Below are positions 35,472-45,239 of a DNA stretch of 59,406 bases, one piece after another. Every line of letters begins with the position of its first letter. Positions within the stretch are counted from its first letter, which is position 1. The stretch spans positions 1 through 59,406 of the forward strand of contig CAZFYA010000004.1 of assembly GCA_964523705.1 (NCBI GenBank), written 5' to 3'. The notes under the pieces are model-generated. The model made no database searches and was not told where the DNA came from. It saw only the letters and a list, made by a program, of their open reading frames with translations. Origin of the DNA: an uncultured Gammaproteobacteria bacterium (lineage in GTDB: Bacteria; Patescibacteriota; Microgenomatia; Levybacterales; UBA12049). A program made the position numbers and the translations under genes.

Positions 35472-36660
35472 TTGTATAAAGATTAGGGGTGATATCAGGG
35501 TTTCCAAGATTAGTTAGGATTACAATTTTTGAACTGTCAGACCATGGGAAAACAAAGCTATCTACAAATGGACCTGCATAAACAGTAGTATTATTTGCTC
35601 CGTCGTATTCCATGATGTCAATTTTTTTATCATGAGTATAAATTAAGTGTTTGGAATCCGGAAACCAAGAAAGAGCAAAGGGGTTTGCGTTTTGTTCTGT
35701 CTCTGGCTTTAGGATTTCAAAATTCTTATCTTCCTTAATATCGTAAACATAAATTGCACCTTTTTCTATTTCTCTTTGTTCAGGAGTTGAATCAACACCG
35801 ATAATTCTTGGATTAATAACTATTGGAAGCTTAGCAGAGATAGAAGCTGAATACAGAATTTTAGTTTCATCCAAAGACCAGGCTAAAATATCAAAATTTT
35901 CATTTACTACTTGTTTTAATTCCTTTTTAAGTCCGTCAATTCTGGCCTTTTCCTTTTCTTTTTTTAATTCTTCCCATTCTGCCTGTACATTGTTAAGCGT
36001 TGCTGTTACGTCTTGAGGATTTTGACTAAATCCATTAGAGCTAATTAAGTATGTTGAGGTGTAGCCTTTAGCAGAGATACTGGCAACTAATTCTCTTGCA
36101 TCAGGAGACCATTTCAATGAAGAAGTTGAAAAAGCTGCAGTTGTATCATCAACAATTTGACTTGAGGAGCTTTGAAGCGTAAGAACAGGCTTAATAGTCA
36201 TATCCAAAACATATATTCCGTTTTTCTTTATTGACTCACTTGAAGTAGTATAGGCAATTCTGGTTAAAGTAGGATCAATTACGGGATTACTTACTCCGTA
36301 TTTAGTGATGCTTTCAAGCTTAGGAGCAACCGGTAAAAGTAGTGCATCGGCTTTAGTAACAATTTCAGTTTTAATAACAAGCTTTTTCTCCCAGGGAAAA
36401 TACCCTTCCTTATATATCTTAACCTTATATGTTCCGGGGGATAGATTAATGGTATTGTCTGTGGCTGTAGTTAAGTGTCCGTTAATAAACACTTGAGCAC
36501 CGTCAGGCACACTGGTTGCAACTAAAAGTCCCGTGCCGGATATTCCTATCTTTCCCTTATCAAAGCCAAACCTATAACCCCTACCGTAAAGAATCACTAA
36601 GGATGTTATAAGCAAAATAAAGATAAGAATAGCAATTGGAATAATCCAGGGTTTTTTCAT
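35458..36660 (-). CDS. PEGA-domain membrane protein with C-terminal beta-propeller-like region
   Basis: TM; ATSVPDGAQVFING..LSPGTYKVKIYKEGYFPWEK (PEGA); WSPD / WSLD / WFPD repeats. Confidence 0.85.
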   Translation of the reverse strand: MKKPWIIPIAILIFILLITSLVILYGRGYRFGFDKGKIGISGTGLLVATSVPDGAQVFINGHLTTATDNTINLSPGTYKVKIYKEGYFPWEKKLVIKTEIVTKADALLLPVAPKLESITKYGVSNPVIDPTLTRIAYTTSSESIKKNGIYVLDMTIKPVLTLQSSSSQIVDDTTAAFSTSSLKWSPDARELVASISAKGYTSTYLISSNGFSQNPQDVTATLNNVQAEWEELKKEKEKARIDGLKKELKQVVNENFDILAWSLDETKILYSASISAKLPIVINPRIIGVDSTPEQREIEKGAIYVYDIKEDKNFEILKPETEQNANPFALSWFPDSKHLIYTHDKKIDIMEYDGANNTTVYAGPFVDSFVFPWSDSSKIVILTNLGNPDITPNLYTISLK

Positions 36661-36800
36661 AGTTTACGGTCATTATACAGGCAGAGATTGATACTTGCAA
36701 GACATAATTATGGTATATATAATCTTTATTGTAAGGCTACATTTTAAAATTGATAGGTTAAATATATATTTTGATATAGTTAACCAGACTGAATAAACCT

Positions 36801-37814
36801 ATGCTATCAAAAAGAATTGGAATTGATTTAGGCACAGCTAATACAGTTGTTTATGTTGCCGGAGAAGGAATTGTCCTTAATGAACCAACAGTAGTTGCAG
36901 TAACAGCGGAGGAAAACAGGGTAGTGGCTGTTGGTAAAGAGGCAAAAGAAATGCTTGGTAGAACTCCCGGTAATATTGTTGCACAAAGACCACTTAGAGA
37001 TGGAGTAATTGCTGATTACACAATTACCGAAACAATGCTTTCATACTTTATTGATAAAGCAGCCGGTAAATCTCGTTTTTTTAAGCCGGAAGTTATGGTT
37101 TGTATTCCATCAGGTGTAACCCAGGTTGAAAGAAGAGCAGTCTTGGATGCTACCATGGCAGCAGGATCTAAGGTTGCCTATTTGATAGAGGAGCCATTAG
37201 CTGCAGCAATTGGCGCAAAAGTGCCGATTGCTCAAGCTGCAGGGCACATGATTATTGATATTGGCGGAGGATCTGCAGAATCAGCTGTAATCTCTTTAGG
37301 AGGGGTAGTTGTGCATGATTCTGTAAGAGTTGGAGGAAATAAAATTGATGAAGCAATAGCAGCGTATGTTAAAAAAAAGTTTAATCTTCTTATTGGAGAG
37401 CGTTCAGCAGAGGAAGTAAAGATCAATATTGCGAATGCTTTAATTGAAGATAGAAAAGGTGGACAAAAAAAACTTGAAATTAAAGGGAGAGATAGTGTAA
37501 GCGGGCTTCCAAGATCAGTTGAATTAACAGAGGAGATTGTAAACGAGGCTATAGAGCCGGTTTTAATGAACATTATCCAAGCGGTTAAAAAAGTACTTGA
37601 AAAAACACCTCCTGAATTGGCGTCAGACATTATTGATAAAGGAGTAGTAATGGCAGGAGGCACATCGCTTCTACATAATTTTGATAAGTTAATGACTAAG
37701 GTAACCGGAGTTCCGTGCCACGTTGCAGAAGACCCGCTTTTGTGTGTTGTTAGGGGAACAGGAGTTGCTTTAGAAAATATAGAGTTATATAAAAGAAGTA
37801 TTGCCCGAAAATAA
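36801..37814 (+). CDS. mreB: Rod shape-determining actin homolog MreB/Mbl (copy 1)
   Basis: IGIDLGTAN, RPLRDGVIADY, EEPLAAAIGA, DIGGG, AGGTSLL. Confidence 0.96.
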   Translation: MLSKRIGIDLGTANTVVYVAGEGIVLNEPTVVAVTAEENRVVAVGKEAKEMLGRTPGNIVAQRPLRDGVIADYTITETMLSYFIDKAAGKSRFFKPEVMVCIPSGVTQVERRAVLDATMAAGSKVAYLIEEPLAAAIGAKVPIAQAAGHMIIDIGGGSAESAVISLGGVVVHDSVRVGGNKIDEAIAAYVKKKFNLLIGERSAEEVKINIANALIEDRKGGQKKLEIKGRDSVSGLPRSVELTEEIVNEAIEPVLMNIIQAVKKVLEKTPPELASDIIDKGVVMAGGTSLLHNFDKLMTKVTGVPCHVAEDPLLCVVRGTGVALENIELYKRSIARK

Positions 37815-38038
37815 CTGCCTAAAAATATTTAATCCTATAATATATATAATAACTATTTAAAAGATGATAATTTTCACAAAAAAACCTATTTTTTCACAAA
37901 GCCATAGAATTATAGTATTTAAATTGCCAATACAAAGAAAAATAAGCTTTTTTAACAAGAAATAGGCAATAATAGGTTAGAAACGGTTGGATAATAAAAA
38001 TGTTCAAAAATGGCATAATTTAGCAATTTTAGTCAATT

Positions 38039-38815
38039 ATGAAAAAGTCTTGTAGTAAAGTAGGGACAATTAGTAAAAGTAGTTTACTCGGAGTAGGGTT
38101 TTCAGCAGCCTCTAAGGAGGAAATCCTAGAGTATATTATTAGAGGACTAGAAAAAAATGATGAAAAATTTTATGTTGTTACCCCAAATCCCGAAATTTTG
38201 GTAATTGCTAACAAAAACTTAGACTACAAAGATGTTCTTAATAAAGCAAAATTAGCCTCAATTGATGGGGTTGGAGTACTTTTTGCAGGTAAGCTCTTGG
38301 GAAGGGAATTTAGGCATAGATTAACAGGCGTTGAACTACTCGAAACCCTATGTAAAAGGGTTGCAAAACAGCCTATAACGGTGGGATTTCTTGGTGCTGG
38401 ACCTCGCGTAGCAGAGTTAACTGCCGAGTGCTTACGTGAAAAATATCCTGGTCTTGATATAGTTTTCACTGAAAGTGGAACCCCTGACGATAAAACAGCA
38501 CACTATATTAATAGTGCAATGGCTAAAAGAACTGGTAAAAAAACAATAGACATCTTATTTGTTGCGTTTGGATCTCCAAAACAAGAGCTTTGGATTGCAA
38601 AAAACCTTGAAAAATTACCTGTAAAAGTAGCAATTGGAGTAGGCGGAGCATTTGATTTTATAAGTGGAAGGGTAAAACGTGCTCCAGGGCTAATTCAAAC
38701 TTTGGGGCTAGAATGGCTTTTTAGGCTTTTAATTCAACCATGGCGTATAAAACGTCAACTTTCATTAATCACTTTTCTATATCTTGTTTTAAAGGAAAAG
38801 CTTAATAAAAGATAA
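38039..38815 (+). CDS. WecB/TagA/CpsF family glycosyltransferase
   Basis: VVTPNPEIL, IDGVG, RLTGVEL, FVAFGSPKQELW, IGVGGAFDF, RAP..GLEWLFRL..QPWR. Confidence 0.94.
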   Translation: MKKSCSKVGTISKSSLLGVGFSAASKEEILEYIIRGLEKNDEKFYVVTPNPEILVIANKNLDYKDVLNKAKLASIDGVGVLFAGKLLGREFRHRLTGVELLETLCKRVAKQPITVGFLGAGPRVAELTAECLREKYPGLDIVFTESGTPDDKTAHYINSAMAKRTGKKTIDILFVAFGSPKQELWIAKNLEKLPVKVAIGVGGAFDFISGRVKRAPGLIQTLGLEWLFRLLIQPWRIKRQLSLITFLYLVLKEKLNKR

Positions 38816-39029
38816 ACACCCTCAATATTTGTATATATATTGATATGCTTTTAGCTTAAAAAATAGTTAATAATAATTAAATTTTAAGGATTACCGGTAT
38901 TAATTAGTATATAAATCAATATCAATATATCTAATTTAGTAATTAATTGCCTCAATTTTATTTAATTATTTTTTTAAACAAGCAAGTCCTTGCATTTTTA
39001 CCAAAAACTACTGTTTAATAGAGTAAGGT

Positions 39030-39905
39030 ATGGATTTTAAGTTTATTGAGAACAAGATTAGTGACGTTTTTATAATCTCCGCTATAAAACGCTCAAAAAG
39101 GCCTAATGTTGAAAAGGGAATTGAGCCTGTTTGCCCTTTTTGTATAGGAAACGAGGGGAAAGAAAGAGAGGTTTTTAGAATTGGAGGAGAAGAAGGAGAC
39201 CCAAACTGGCAAGTAAGAGTAATTCCTAATAAATTTCCCTTTGCACCAATTCATGAAGTAGTTATTCACTCACCGGACCATCATAAAAATTTTGATACAT
39301 TACCAACGTTTCATACAGAACTTATTTTAAAAACCTATTGGCAGCGCTATCAAACTCATAAGGATAAAGGCTGGGTATATATTTTCCATAATCACGGAAA
39401 AGATGGAGGAGAAAGCCTTCCTCATCCTCATAGTCAGATTGCAGTTATTCCAGAAGAAGTAACAATGAGCATTCAGCGCCTAGAAGCACCTTCAGATGAA
39501 GAAGAGACACAAGAGACAAGTAAATTCGTAATCTTTTGTCCATTATATAGTCAGTGGCCGGAAGAAATATGGATTTATCCAAAAGCAAGAGGAAGAACGT
39601 TTGGTGAAATTACAGAAGAAGAGATAACTGATCTTTCCAAAATCCTTTACAGAGTTATTCAGATAATGGATTTAAGACACGGTAATGAATTTCCATTTAA
39701 CTTTTATATTTATCCCGGAGGAGACTGGTATTTAAGAATTATTCCAAGATTTAAGACATTAGGAGGGTTTGAGCTTGGAACAGGCATATTTGTAAACACC
39801 CAAGACCCAAGAGAAACAATTAGATTTATTAAAACTCACTTTGTTAGTCCAAATGAAGAATTAATCAGAACAAAAGATAGAGCAACGTATAGAAGAGGAG
39901 TGTAA
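39030..39905 (+). CDS. galT: Galactose-1-phosphate uridylyltransferase-like (GalT/HIT) protein
   Basis: CPFCIGNE, RVIPNKFP, HEVVIHSPDH, GESLPHPHSQI, GGFELGTG. Confidence 0.8.
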   Translation: MDFKFIENKISDVFIISAIKRSKRPNVEKGIEPVCPFCIGNEGKEREVFRIGGEEGDPNWQVRVIPNKFPFAPIHEVVIHSPDHHKNFDTLPTFHTELILKTYWQRYQTHKDKGWVYIFHNHGKDGGESLPHPHSQIAVIPEEVTMSIQRLEAPSDEEETQETSKFVIFCPLYSQWPEEIWIYPKARGRTFGEITEEEITDLSKILYRVIQIMDLRHGNEFPFNFYIYPGGDWYLRIIPRFKTLGGFELGTGIFVNTQDPRETIRFIKTHFVSPNEELIRTKDRATYRRGV

Positions 39906-40115
39906 TTATTCGCTTTTTTGCTGCATTCCAAGTAGCCAAAGAACAGCTTCTTTTTTATATCTTCTATCTCCTCTGGAGTTTATTCTTATTGCCGGTAATT
40001 TTCCTCTTTTGCCCCAGCGTTTAATTGTAAGGGAGGAGACTCTTAAAATCTGAGCAACTTCGCGGACTGTTAGGAGATCTGGTAGGTTATTTATTGATAT
40101 ATTTTGTTTATCCAT
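39906..40115 (-). CDS. Excisionase-like/MerR-type helix-turn-helix protein
   Basis: LLTVREVAQILRVSSLTIKRWGKRGKLPAIRINSRGDRRY. Confidence 0.9.
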   Translation of the reverse strand: MDKQNISINNLPDLLTVREVAQILRVSSLTIKRWGKRGKLPAIRINSRGDRRYKKEAVLWLLGMQQKSE

Positions 40116-40134
40116 AGCCTCGAGAATATATTAA

Positions 40135-40155
40135 TAATAATCAATATGATTATTA
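40135..40155. promoter_or_regulatory. Palindromic operator candidate TAATAATCA-ATA-TGATTATTA
   Basis: Perfect 9-bp inverted repeat between the promoter and the HTH start codon. Confidence 0.45.
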
Positions 40156-40164
40156 ATTAATTAC

Positions 40165-40193
40165 AAAATAACAAAGTATAACAAAAATGTCAA
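40165..40193 (-). promoter_or_regulatory. Promoter of the HTH gene
   Basis: TTGACA-N17-TATTTT on the minus strand. Confidence 0.5.
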
Positions 40194-40269
40194 GGGTTAA
40201 AAAAGAAAAAATACAAACATAATTAATTTTCTCTTTACAACTTTAAATTATAAGATATAATTTAAATTT

Positions 40270-40872
40270 ATGATAGAAATTGAGCAAAAAAGAAAAGAAA
40301 TTGGTAACGGGTTTATACAACTTGATAAAACCAATATATTAGTTCCAGATTATTATGCCCCTTCAATTGAAGAAATTGATTTTTCCATACTAGCTAAGCT
40401 GGGAATCCGTTACGGAATATTTGATGCTGACAATACTCTTGTTTCCGCCGGAGAAAACGAATTATCCAGAGAATATCTTACGCTTTTAAAAAATATAGTT
40501 AGCAATGGAGTTTTTGAAAAGATTTGCATTGCTTCAAACTCCAGAAGAAAACCCTTAACTCAATTAGCAGAATCAATTGGGGCAATAAATGTAGTGCCCG
40601 GTATTTTTATAAGAAAGCCAAGTTCAAGATATTTTAGAAGAGTACTTGATGAGCTTGGTTGTGATCCTCATCAAGCAGTAATGATAGGAGATACGCTTAC
40701 AACGGATATTTCAGGAGCAAAAAAGACAGGAATTTTATCAATTTTAGTTGATCGTCTTGGTTCTCCGTCAATACCTAATAATGTTCATGGAATGATACGT
40801 GGGGAGCCATTACACAGAAGCAGATTTCAAACAACCATTAGCATGGAAAGTTCCCACAAAAAAACTCCCTAA
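40270..40872 (+). CDS. HAD family IIIA phosphatase (YqeG-like)
   Basis: IFDADNTLV, IASN, RKP, VMIGDTLTTDISGA. Confidence 0.9.
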   Translation: MIEIEQKRKEIGNGFIQLDKTNILVPDYYAPSIEEIDFSILAKLGIRYGIFDADNTLVSAGENELSREYLTLLKNIVSNGVFEKICIASNSRRKPLTQLAESIGAINVVPGIFIRKPSSRYFRRVLDELGCDPHQAVMIGDTLTTDISGAKKTGILSILVDRLGSPSIPNNVHGMIRGEPLHRSRFQTTISMESSHKKTP

Positions 40873-40882
40873 AACGGGAGTT
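40863..40882 (-). terminator. Intrinsic terminator downstream of rplJL (possibly bidirectional)
   Basis: AACTCCC-N6-GGGAGTT hairpin with a T tract on the minus strand and TCTTTT on the plus strand. Confidence 0.6.
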
Positions 40883-40906
40883 CTTTTGAAAGTAATTGAA
40901 TTAAAT

Positions 40907-41030
40907 TATTTTAACTCAACTGTTGCTTCCTCCAGATCTTTCTTTTCGTCTTTTCAATTCTATCCGAATACGACTTAAAGAGCGATCCAAGAAGGACTTC
41001 ATAGTCTCGCTATTTTAGCTCAACTGTTGC
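40907..41030. repeat. Direct repeat of the rplL 3' end (40907-40926 and 41011-41030, 19/20 identical)
   Basis: tattttaactcaactgttgc versus tattttagctcaactgttgc, 104 bp apart. Confidence 0.8.
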
Positions 41031-41399
41031 GCCTGCTGTTGTTAGTTTTTCTTTTGCTTCATCAGCAGTTTTCTTATTAACAGCACTCATTACTTCTTTT
41101 GGCGCAGTATCAACTAAGTCTTTTGCTTCTTTGAGTCCTAAGGTTGGAACTAATTCTCGAAGAGCTTTAATAACTGCTAGTTTATTTGCACCCGAGGAAG
41201 CAATAACTACATTAAAGACAGTCTGTTCTTCCTTTGGTTCATCAGCTGTTGCTCCGTTTCCTGCTTGAGCTGGAGCAGCGACCATTGCTTGTGCTGATAC
41301 ACCGAATTTTTCTTCAATAGCTTTAACTAAATCAGAAAGTTCCAAAACAGACATTTCTTCAATCGCTTTTATTAATTCGTCTTTTGAAAGTTTTGCCAT
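41010..41399 (-). CDS. rplL: 50S ribosomal protein L7/L12
   Basis: [50 protein letters not shown]; GGAGGTGA RBS before ATG 41399. Confidence 0.97.
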   Translation of the reverse strand: MAKLSKDELIKAIEEMSVLELSDLVKAIEEKFGVSAQAMVAAPAQAGNGATADEPKEEQTVFNVVIASSGANKLAVIKALRELVPTLGLKEAKDLVDTAPKEVMSAVNKKTADEAKEKLTTAGATVELK

Positions 41400-41421
41400 T
41401 ATTAGTTCACCTCCTTTAAAT

Positions 41422-41964
41422 TCAATTTTTTTTAGCTTCAATTGCTTTAAGTGTTAATGCCAGTTTTTGAATATTAAAAGACAAGCTTCTGTGAAGATTA
41501 AAAATTGGTCCTTTTAAACCACCAACTACTTGGGCAAGTAAGACCTCTCTTGATGGAAGAGAAGCTAGTCTTAATACTTCTTCGCCTGTAAGGGCTTTAT
41601 CTTCTAAAAAGCCTATTTTTACACTTGGTATGCCCAAGTCTTTGATTATTTTTGCTAATTGTTTAAGTGGATTTACAATATCTTCATAAATAAACATGGT
41701 TCCGGTTGGTCCTTCAATTGTTTTTTCGTCTTTTAATTTTATTTTTGCTTCCTTTGCGGAGCGTAAGATTAAACTATTTTTAGCAACCACAAAATCGCTA
41801 TCCATGGTTTTTATTTGCTTTTTAAAATCCTCCAACTGCTTATGGGTTAATCCTTGATAATTGGTAAAAATAATTGCCTTAGCTGATTTCATCTTTTCAA
41901 TTAATAAGGCAACAATTTCTTGTTTTTTTTCCCTGTTTTTACTTACTTTTGTATCGTCTTTCAT
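41422..41964 (-). CDS. rplJ: 50S ribosomal protein L10
   Basis: [30 protein letters not shown]. Confidence 0.96.
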   Translation of the reverse strand: MKDDTKVSKNREKKQEIVALLIEKMKSAKAIIFTNYQGLTHKQLEDFKKQIKTMDSDFVVAKNSLILRSAKEAKIKLKDEKTIEGPTGTMFIYEDIVNPLKQLAKIIKDLGIPSVKIGFLEDKALTGEEVLRLASLPSREVLLAQVVGGLKGPIFNLHRSLSFNIQKLALTLKAIEAKKN

Positions 41965-41967
41965 AAT

Positions 41968-42075
41968 AAAAAAGCACTCTTAAGACGAGTGCAAATATTT
42001 TATCCCTCGGCAGGATTTATCTTCGTCAAGTATGTTTATCCTGAGCTTGTCGAAGGACCCGCTGTCTTAAGAATA
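41968..42075 (-). promoter_or_regulatory. L10 leader (ribosomal protein autoregulatory attenuator)
   Basis: AGACAGCGGG...AAATCCTGCCGAGG core as in the L10 leader family; terminator GCACTC-N7-GAGTGC-TTTTTT just before rplJ; the 5' TCTTAAGAC can pair with GTCTTAAGA in the terminator (antiterminator). Confidence 0.75.
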
Positions 42076-42081
42076 AATAGG

Positions 42082-42110
42082 AGTTTAACAGATAGGAAAT
42101 ATTAAGTCAA
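42082..42110 (-). promoter_or_regulatory. rplJL promoter
   Basis: TTGACT-N17-TAAACT directly upstream of the leader. Confidence 0.6.
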
Positions 42111-42121
42111 GAATTAATTAT

Positions 42122-42949
42122 TTATATTTCTATTTTAATCCCAGGGGACATTGAGGATTTAAGGGTAATTTTTTGAATATTAACTTTTTTTATAGCTGAA
42201 ATAAGTGCTTTTATGTTTTCAGTCAATTTTGTTTTACCAAAAGACATTTTACCAACTGAAACATGAAGAAGGGGAGCTTTAACTTCGGTTCTAAAAGATA
42301 TCTGTCCTGCTTCATATTTTTTAACTAAATCTTGGGGATTAGCGGTAATTGTATTATTTTTTGGATTTGGCATTAAGCCTTTTGGTCCTAAAATTTTAGC
42401 AACTTTAGCAAGCTTTGGCATCATTGAAGGTTCTGCTACTAGAATGTCAAAATTAATTATTCCTTTTTCAATATCTGAAATTATCTTATCATCGGCAACT
42501 GCAACCCTTGTTTTCTTACCTGTTCCATGGGGAAGAGTAATATTACCTGAAATTCCGGTTGAAATAGTATTTATATGTAATTCAACAGTTTCATCAAAGC
42601 TTTTTCTTTGCAGTTTTTCCAATAAATCTAAACCTTCTGAAAGAGAATAAGTTTTGTTTTTATCAAATAAAGATAATAATCCTTGGTATTTTTTTGATCT
42701 TGGGGCTTTTACAAACTTTGCCTTTTTTTGTTTTTTTTCCTCTTTTTCTTCTTTCTCTTCTTCTGTTTTTTCTTGTTTTTCAAGATTTTCAAGTTCTTCT
42801 TCTGTTGGCCCAACAGATACAACTCTTTCTCCGCCTTTCATTCCGGGAACTTTTACGGTTCTTTTTTCCTCTTTTCTTTTTTTTGCCTCTTTTTTCTCTT
42901 GTTCCTCAACCTCTTCAATTCCGATTGTCTTTACTCTTACTTTTCCCAT
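42122..42949 (-). CDS. rplA: 50S ribosomal protein L1 with N-terminal charged extension
   Basis: FDETVELHI, LPHGTGK, LGPKGLMPNPK, KSSMSPG. Confidence 0.95.
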   Translation of the reverse strand: MGKVRVKTIGIEEVEEQEKKEAKKRKEEKRTVKVPGMKGGERVVSVGPTEEELENLEKQEKTEEEKEEKEEKKQKKAKFVKAPRSKKYQGLLSLFDKNKTYSLSEGLDLLEKLQRKSFDETVELHINTISTGISGNITLPHGTGKKTRVAVADDKIISDIEKGIINFDILVAEPSMMPKLAKVAKILGPKGLMPNPKNNTITANPQDLVKKYEAGQISFRTEVKAPLLHVSVGKMSFGKTKLTENIKALISAIKKVNIQKITLKSSMSPGIKIEI

Positions 42950-43371
42950 TATTTAACCTCCACTCCCATACTTCTTGCTACTCCTGCAACAATTTTTGCA
43001 CCCTGTTTTACATCAGTTGTATTTAAATCCTCAAGCTTTTCTTTAGCAATCTCCTCAGCTTGAGTCTGTGTTAGGGCTCCTACTTTTTCCTTGCCTGGTT
43101 TTTGAGAGCCTTTTTCTTTTCCAATTGCTTTTTTTATCATCTCAGCAATTGGCGGTTTTTTAGTAATAAAGGAGAATGTTCTATCTTCATAAACAGTAAT
43201 TACAACCGGTATAATGGTTCCTTTTTGATCGGCTGTTTTATCGTTAAAGGCCTTAACAAAATCCATAATAGGAAGTCCGTGTTGTCCTAAAGCCGGACCA
43301 ACCGGTGGTGCAGGAGTTGCAGTTCCTGCCGGAATATTTAATTTTATAATTGTTTTTACTTTTTTTGCCAT
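42949..43371 (-). CDS. rplK: 50S ribosomal protein L11
   Basis: [38 protein letters not shown]. Confidence 0.98.
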   Translation of the reverse strand: MAKKVKTIIKLNIPAGTATPAPPVGPALGQHGLPIMDFVKAFNDKTADQKGTIIPVVITVYEDRTFSFITKKPPIAEMIKKAIGKEKGSQKPGKEKVGALTQTQAEEIAKEKLEDLNTTDVKQGAKIVAGVARSMGVEVK

Positions 43372-43380
43372 TTTGTTTGA

Positions 43381-43444
43381 ATTAGTCGTCTCTAGTAGAA
43401 AATACTTTTTAGGGGTATTTTAGCTACTGGTTCGAACGACTAAT
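43381..43444 (-). promoter_or_regulatory. Long hairpin in the rplK leader (possible L1 autoregulatory site)
   Basis: ATTAGTCGT...ACGACTAAT outer stem with inner stems, preceded by GGGAG. Confidence 0.35.
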
Positions 43445-43469
43445 AGTCTCCCAGATTAATATTTGTATA

Positions 43470-44096
43470 TTATAGCTTAGCAACTTGTAAAAAGTCCAGC
43501 TCGACTGGTGTTTCTCTTCCAAAAATACTTACTAATACCTTTAATTTACCTTTTGCTTCATCAATTTCATCAATTGTTCCCAAAAAGTCAGCAAATGGAC
43601 CATCAACAATTTTTACAGCTTCACCAACAGTAAAAGCAGTTTTGTAGAGTGGTTCTTCGGTTTTCATAAACTTTTGAATTGCTTCTACCTCTTTGTCTGA
43701 TATTGGTGTTGGTTTGTTTCCTGCTCCAATAAATGATGTGACACCCTGGGTTGTTCTAACTAAAAGCCAACTCTCATTATCCAAAATCATTTTAACTAAA
43801 ACATATCCTGGAAAGATTTTTTCATCAACATTTTCTTTTTTACCGGAAGTTACTTTAATTGTGTTTCGCATGGGGACTAAAACATCAAATATTCTATTTT
43901 CAAAACCTAAAGCTTGTACTCTTTGTTTTAAGTTTTTAGAAACTTTGTTTTCATGTCCTGAATAAGTGTGGACAATATACCATCTTGCACCAGCTTCATC
44001 AGCTTTTTTTGAAGGCTTAAGTGCTTCATCTAAGCTTTCTTCCTCTTTTACTTCCTCTTTTTTTTCTTCTTTTTCCTCAAGTGTTTTTTTATCCAT
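43470..44096 (-). CDS. nusG: Transcription termination/antitermination factor NusG
   Basis: [50 protein letters not shown]. Confidence 0.98.
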   Translation of the reverse strand: MDKKTLEEKEEKKEEVKEEESLDEALKPSKKADEAGARWYIVHTYSGHENKVSKNLKQRVQALGFENRIFDVLVPMRNTIKVTSGKKENVDEKIFPGYVLVKMILDNESWLLVRTTQGVTSFIGAGNKPTPISDKEVEAIQKFMKTEEPLYKTAFTVGEAVKIVDGPFADFLGTIDEIDEAKGKLKVLVSIFGRETPVELDFLQVAKL

Positions 44097-44097
44097 A

Positions 44098-44280
44098 TTA
44101 AATAATTATTCCTAAAAGATTGGTAAAAATATAATCCATTAAGCCTAAAAATAGTCCGACTATAAGACTGACTATTATTACAATGGTAGTTAATCTTATT
44201 ACCTCACTTCTGGTAGGCCAGACAACTTTTTTAAGTTCGTCTTTAACCTCCTTTATAAAATTAACAGGCGTTGTCGCCAT
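44098..44280 (-). CDS. secE: Preprotein translocase subunit SecE
   Basis: [19 protein letters not shown], single TM; likely ATG 44280. Confidence 0.95.
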   Translation of the reverse strand: MATTPVNFIKEVKDELKKVVWPTRSEVIRLTTIVIIVSLIVGLFLGLMDYIFTNLLGIII

Positions 44281-44351
44281 ATTTGGTAATTTTATCAAAC
44301 CTAGGTTGACATGTAAAGGGGATTAAGGATAAAATAATGTTTATCAACTTT

Positions 44352-45230
44352 ATGAATAAAATCAGAAAAGTAGTTATCCCCGCAGCTGGTTTTGGAACCA
44401 GGTTTTTACCTCAAACAAAAGCAATGCCTAAGGAAATGCTTCCGGTTGTTGATAAGCCAATTATTCAATATGTTGTTGAAGAAGCAGTAAATTCAGGGAT
44501 TGAAGATGTAATAATTGTTACCGGTAGTACTAAAAGGGCAATTGAGGATCATTTTGATTTACCCAATGCGGATTTAATTAAAAACCTTGAAGACGGAGGA
44601 AAAAAAGAAGCCATAAAAGAAATTGAAAGAATTTCTGAAATGGCAAACTTTATTTATGTCAGACAAAAGGGGCCATACGGAAACGGAACTCCTGTTCTTT
44701 GTGCAGAACCGGCAATTGAAAACGAACCTTTTGCGGTTGTTTGGGGAGATGAGTTTATTTATGCAACTCCTCCAAGGCTTAAACAAATGATTGATGTCTA
44801 TGAAAAATATCAAGGAGTAGTAATTTCAGGAGTAAGAATTGATAAAAAAGAAGACTTAAGTCGTTATGGAATAGCTGATATTACAAAGGTTGAAGGAAAT
44901 GTTTATAAGATTAATGAAATTGTTGAAAAGCCGGATCCTGATAAAGCACCTTCAAACCTGGCAACTCATGGAGCATATATTGTTCCGCCGGAAATTTTTA
45001 AGACCTTGAAAGAAATTCAACCCGGAAAAGGTGGGGAAATATGGTTAACAGATGCTATTAACCACTTAAGAGATAACGGTGTGCCAATTTATGCAGTGGA
45101 AATTAAAAACGGAAAATATTACGATACAGGAAACAAGATTGAATATATAAAAACAGTAGCTGAAATGGCATTAAAACACCCGGATTTAAACGGAGAATTC
45201 CGCAAGTTCCTCAAGGACTTAAATTTATAA
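44352..45230 (+). CDS. galU: UTP--glucose-1-phosphate uridylyltransferase
   Basis: KVVIPAAGFGTRFLPQTKAMPKEMLPVVDKP, VRQKGPYGNG, IVEKP, YDTG; start ATG 44352 (alternative 44337). Confidence 0.93.
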   Translation: MNKIRKVVIPAAGFGTRFLPQTKAMPKEMLPVVDKPIIQYVVEEAVNSGIEDVIIVTGSTKRAIEDHFDLPNADLIKNLEDGGKKEAIKEIERISEMANFIYVRQKGPYGNGTPVLCAEPAIENEPFAVVWGDEFIYATPPRLKQMIDVYEKYQGVVISGVRIDKKEDLSRYGIADITKVEGNVYKINEIVEKPDPDKAPSNLATHGAYIVPPEIFKTLKEIQPGKGGEIWLTDAINHLRDNGVPIYAVEIKNGKYYDTGNKIEYIKTVAEMALKHPDLNGEFRKFLKDLNL

Positions 45231-45239
45231 TTTTAAAAA

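Noticed and set aside
37871-37900. TTTTCACAAA direct repeat (x2, 20 bp apart) in an AT-rich intergenic region as DnaA boxes or an origin
   Set aside because: Does not match TTATCCACA well enough, there are only two copies, and the background is very AT-rich.
38830-38930. AT-rich inverted repeat (ATATATTGATAT / ATATCAATATAT)
   Set aside because: Low complexity; expected by chance at this composition.
40927-41009. Group I intron remnant after rplL (GAGACTA resembles the R element)
   Set aside because: A single 7-mer match with no P3-P7 core; too short.
42444-43965. Plus-strand Phe/Ser-rich ORFs over rplA, rplK and nusG
   Set aside because: Antisense shadows of Lys/Glu-rich ribosomal-operon genes.
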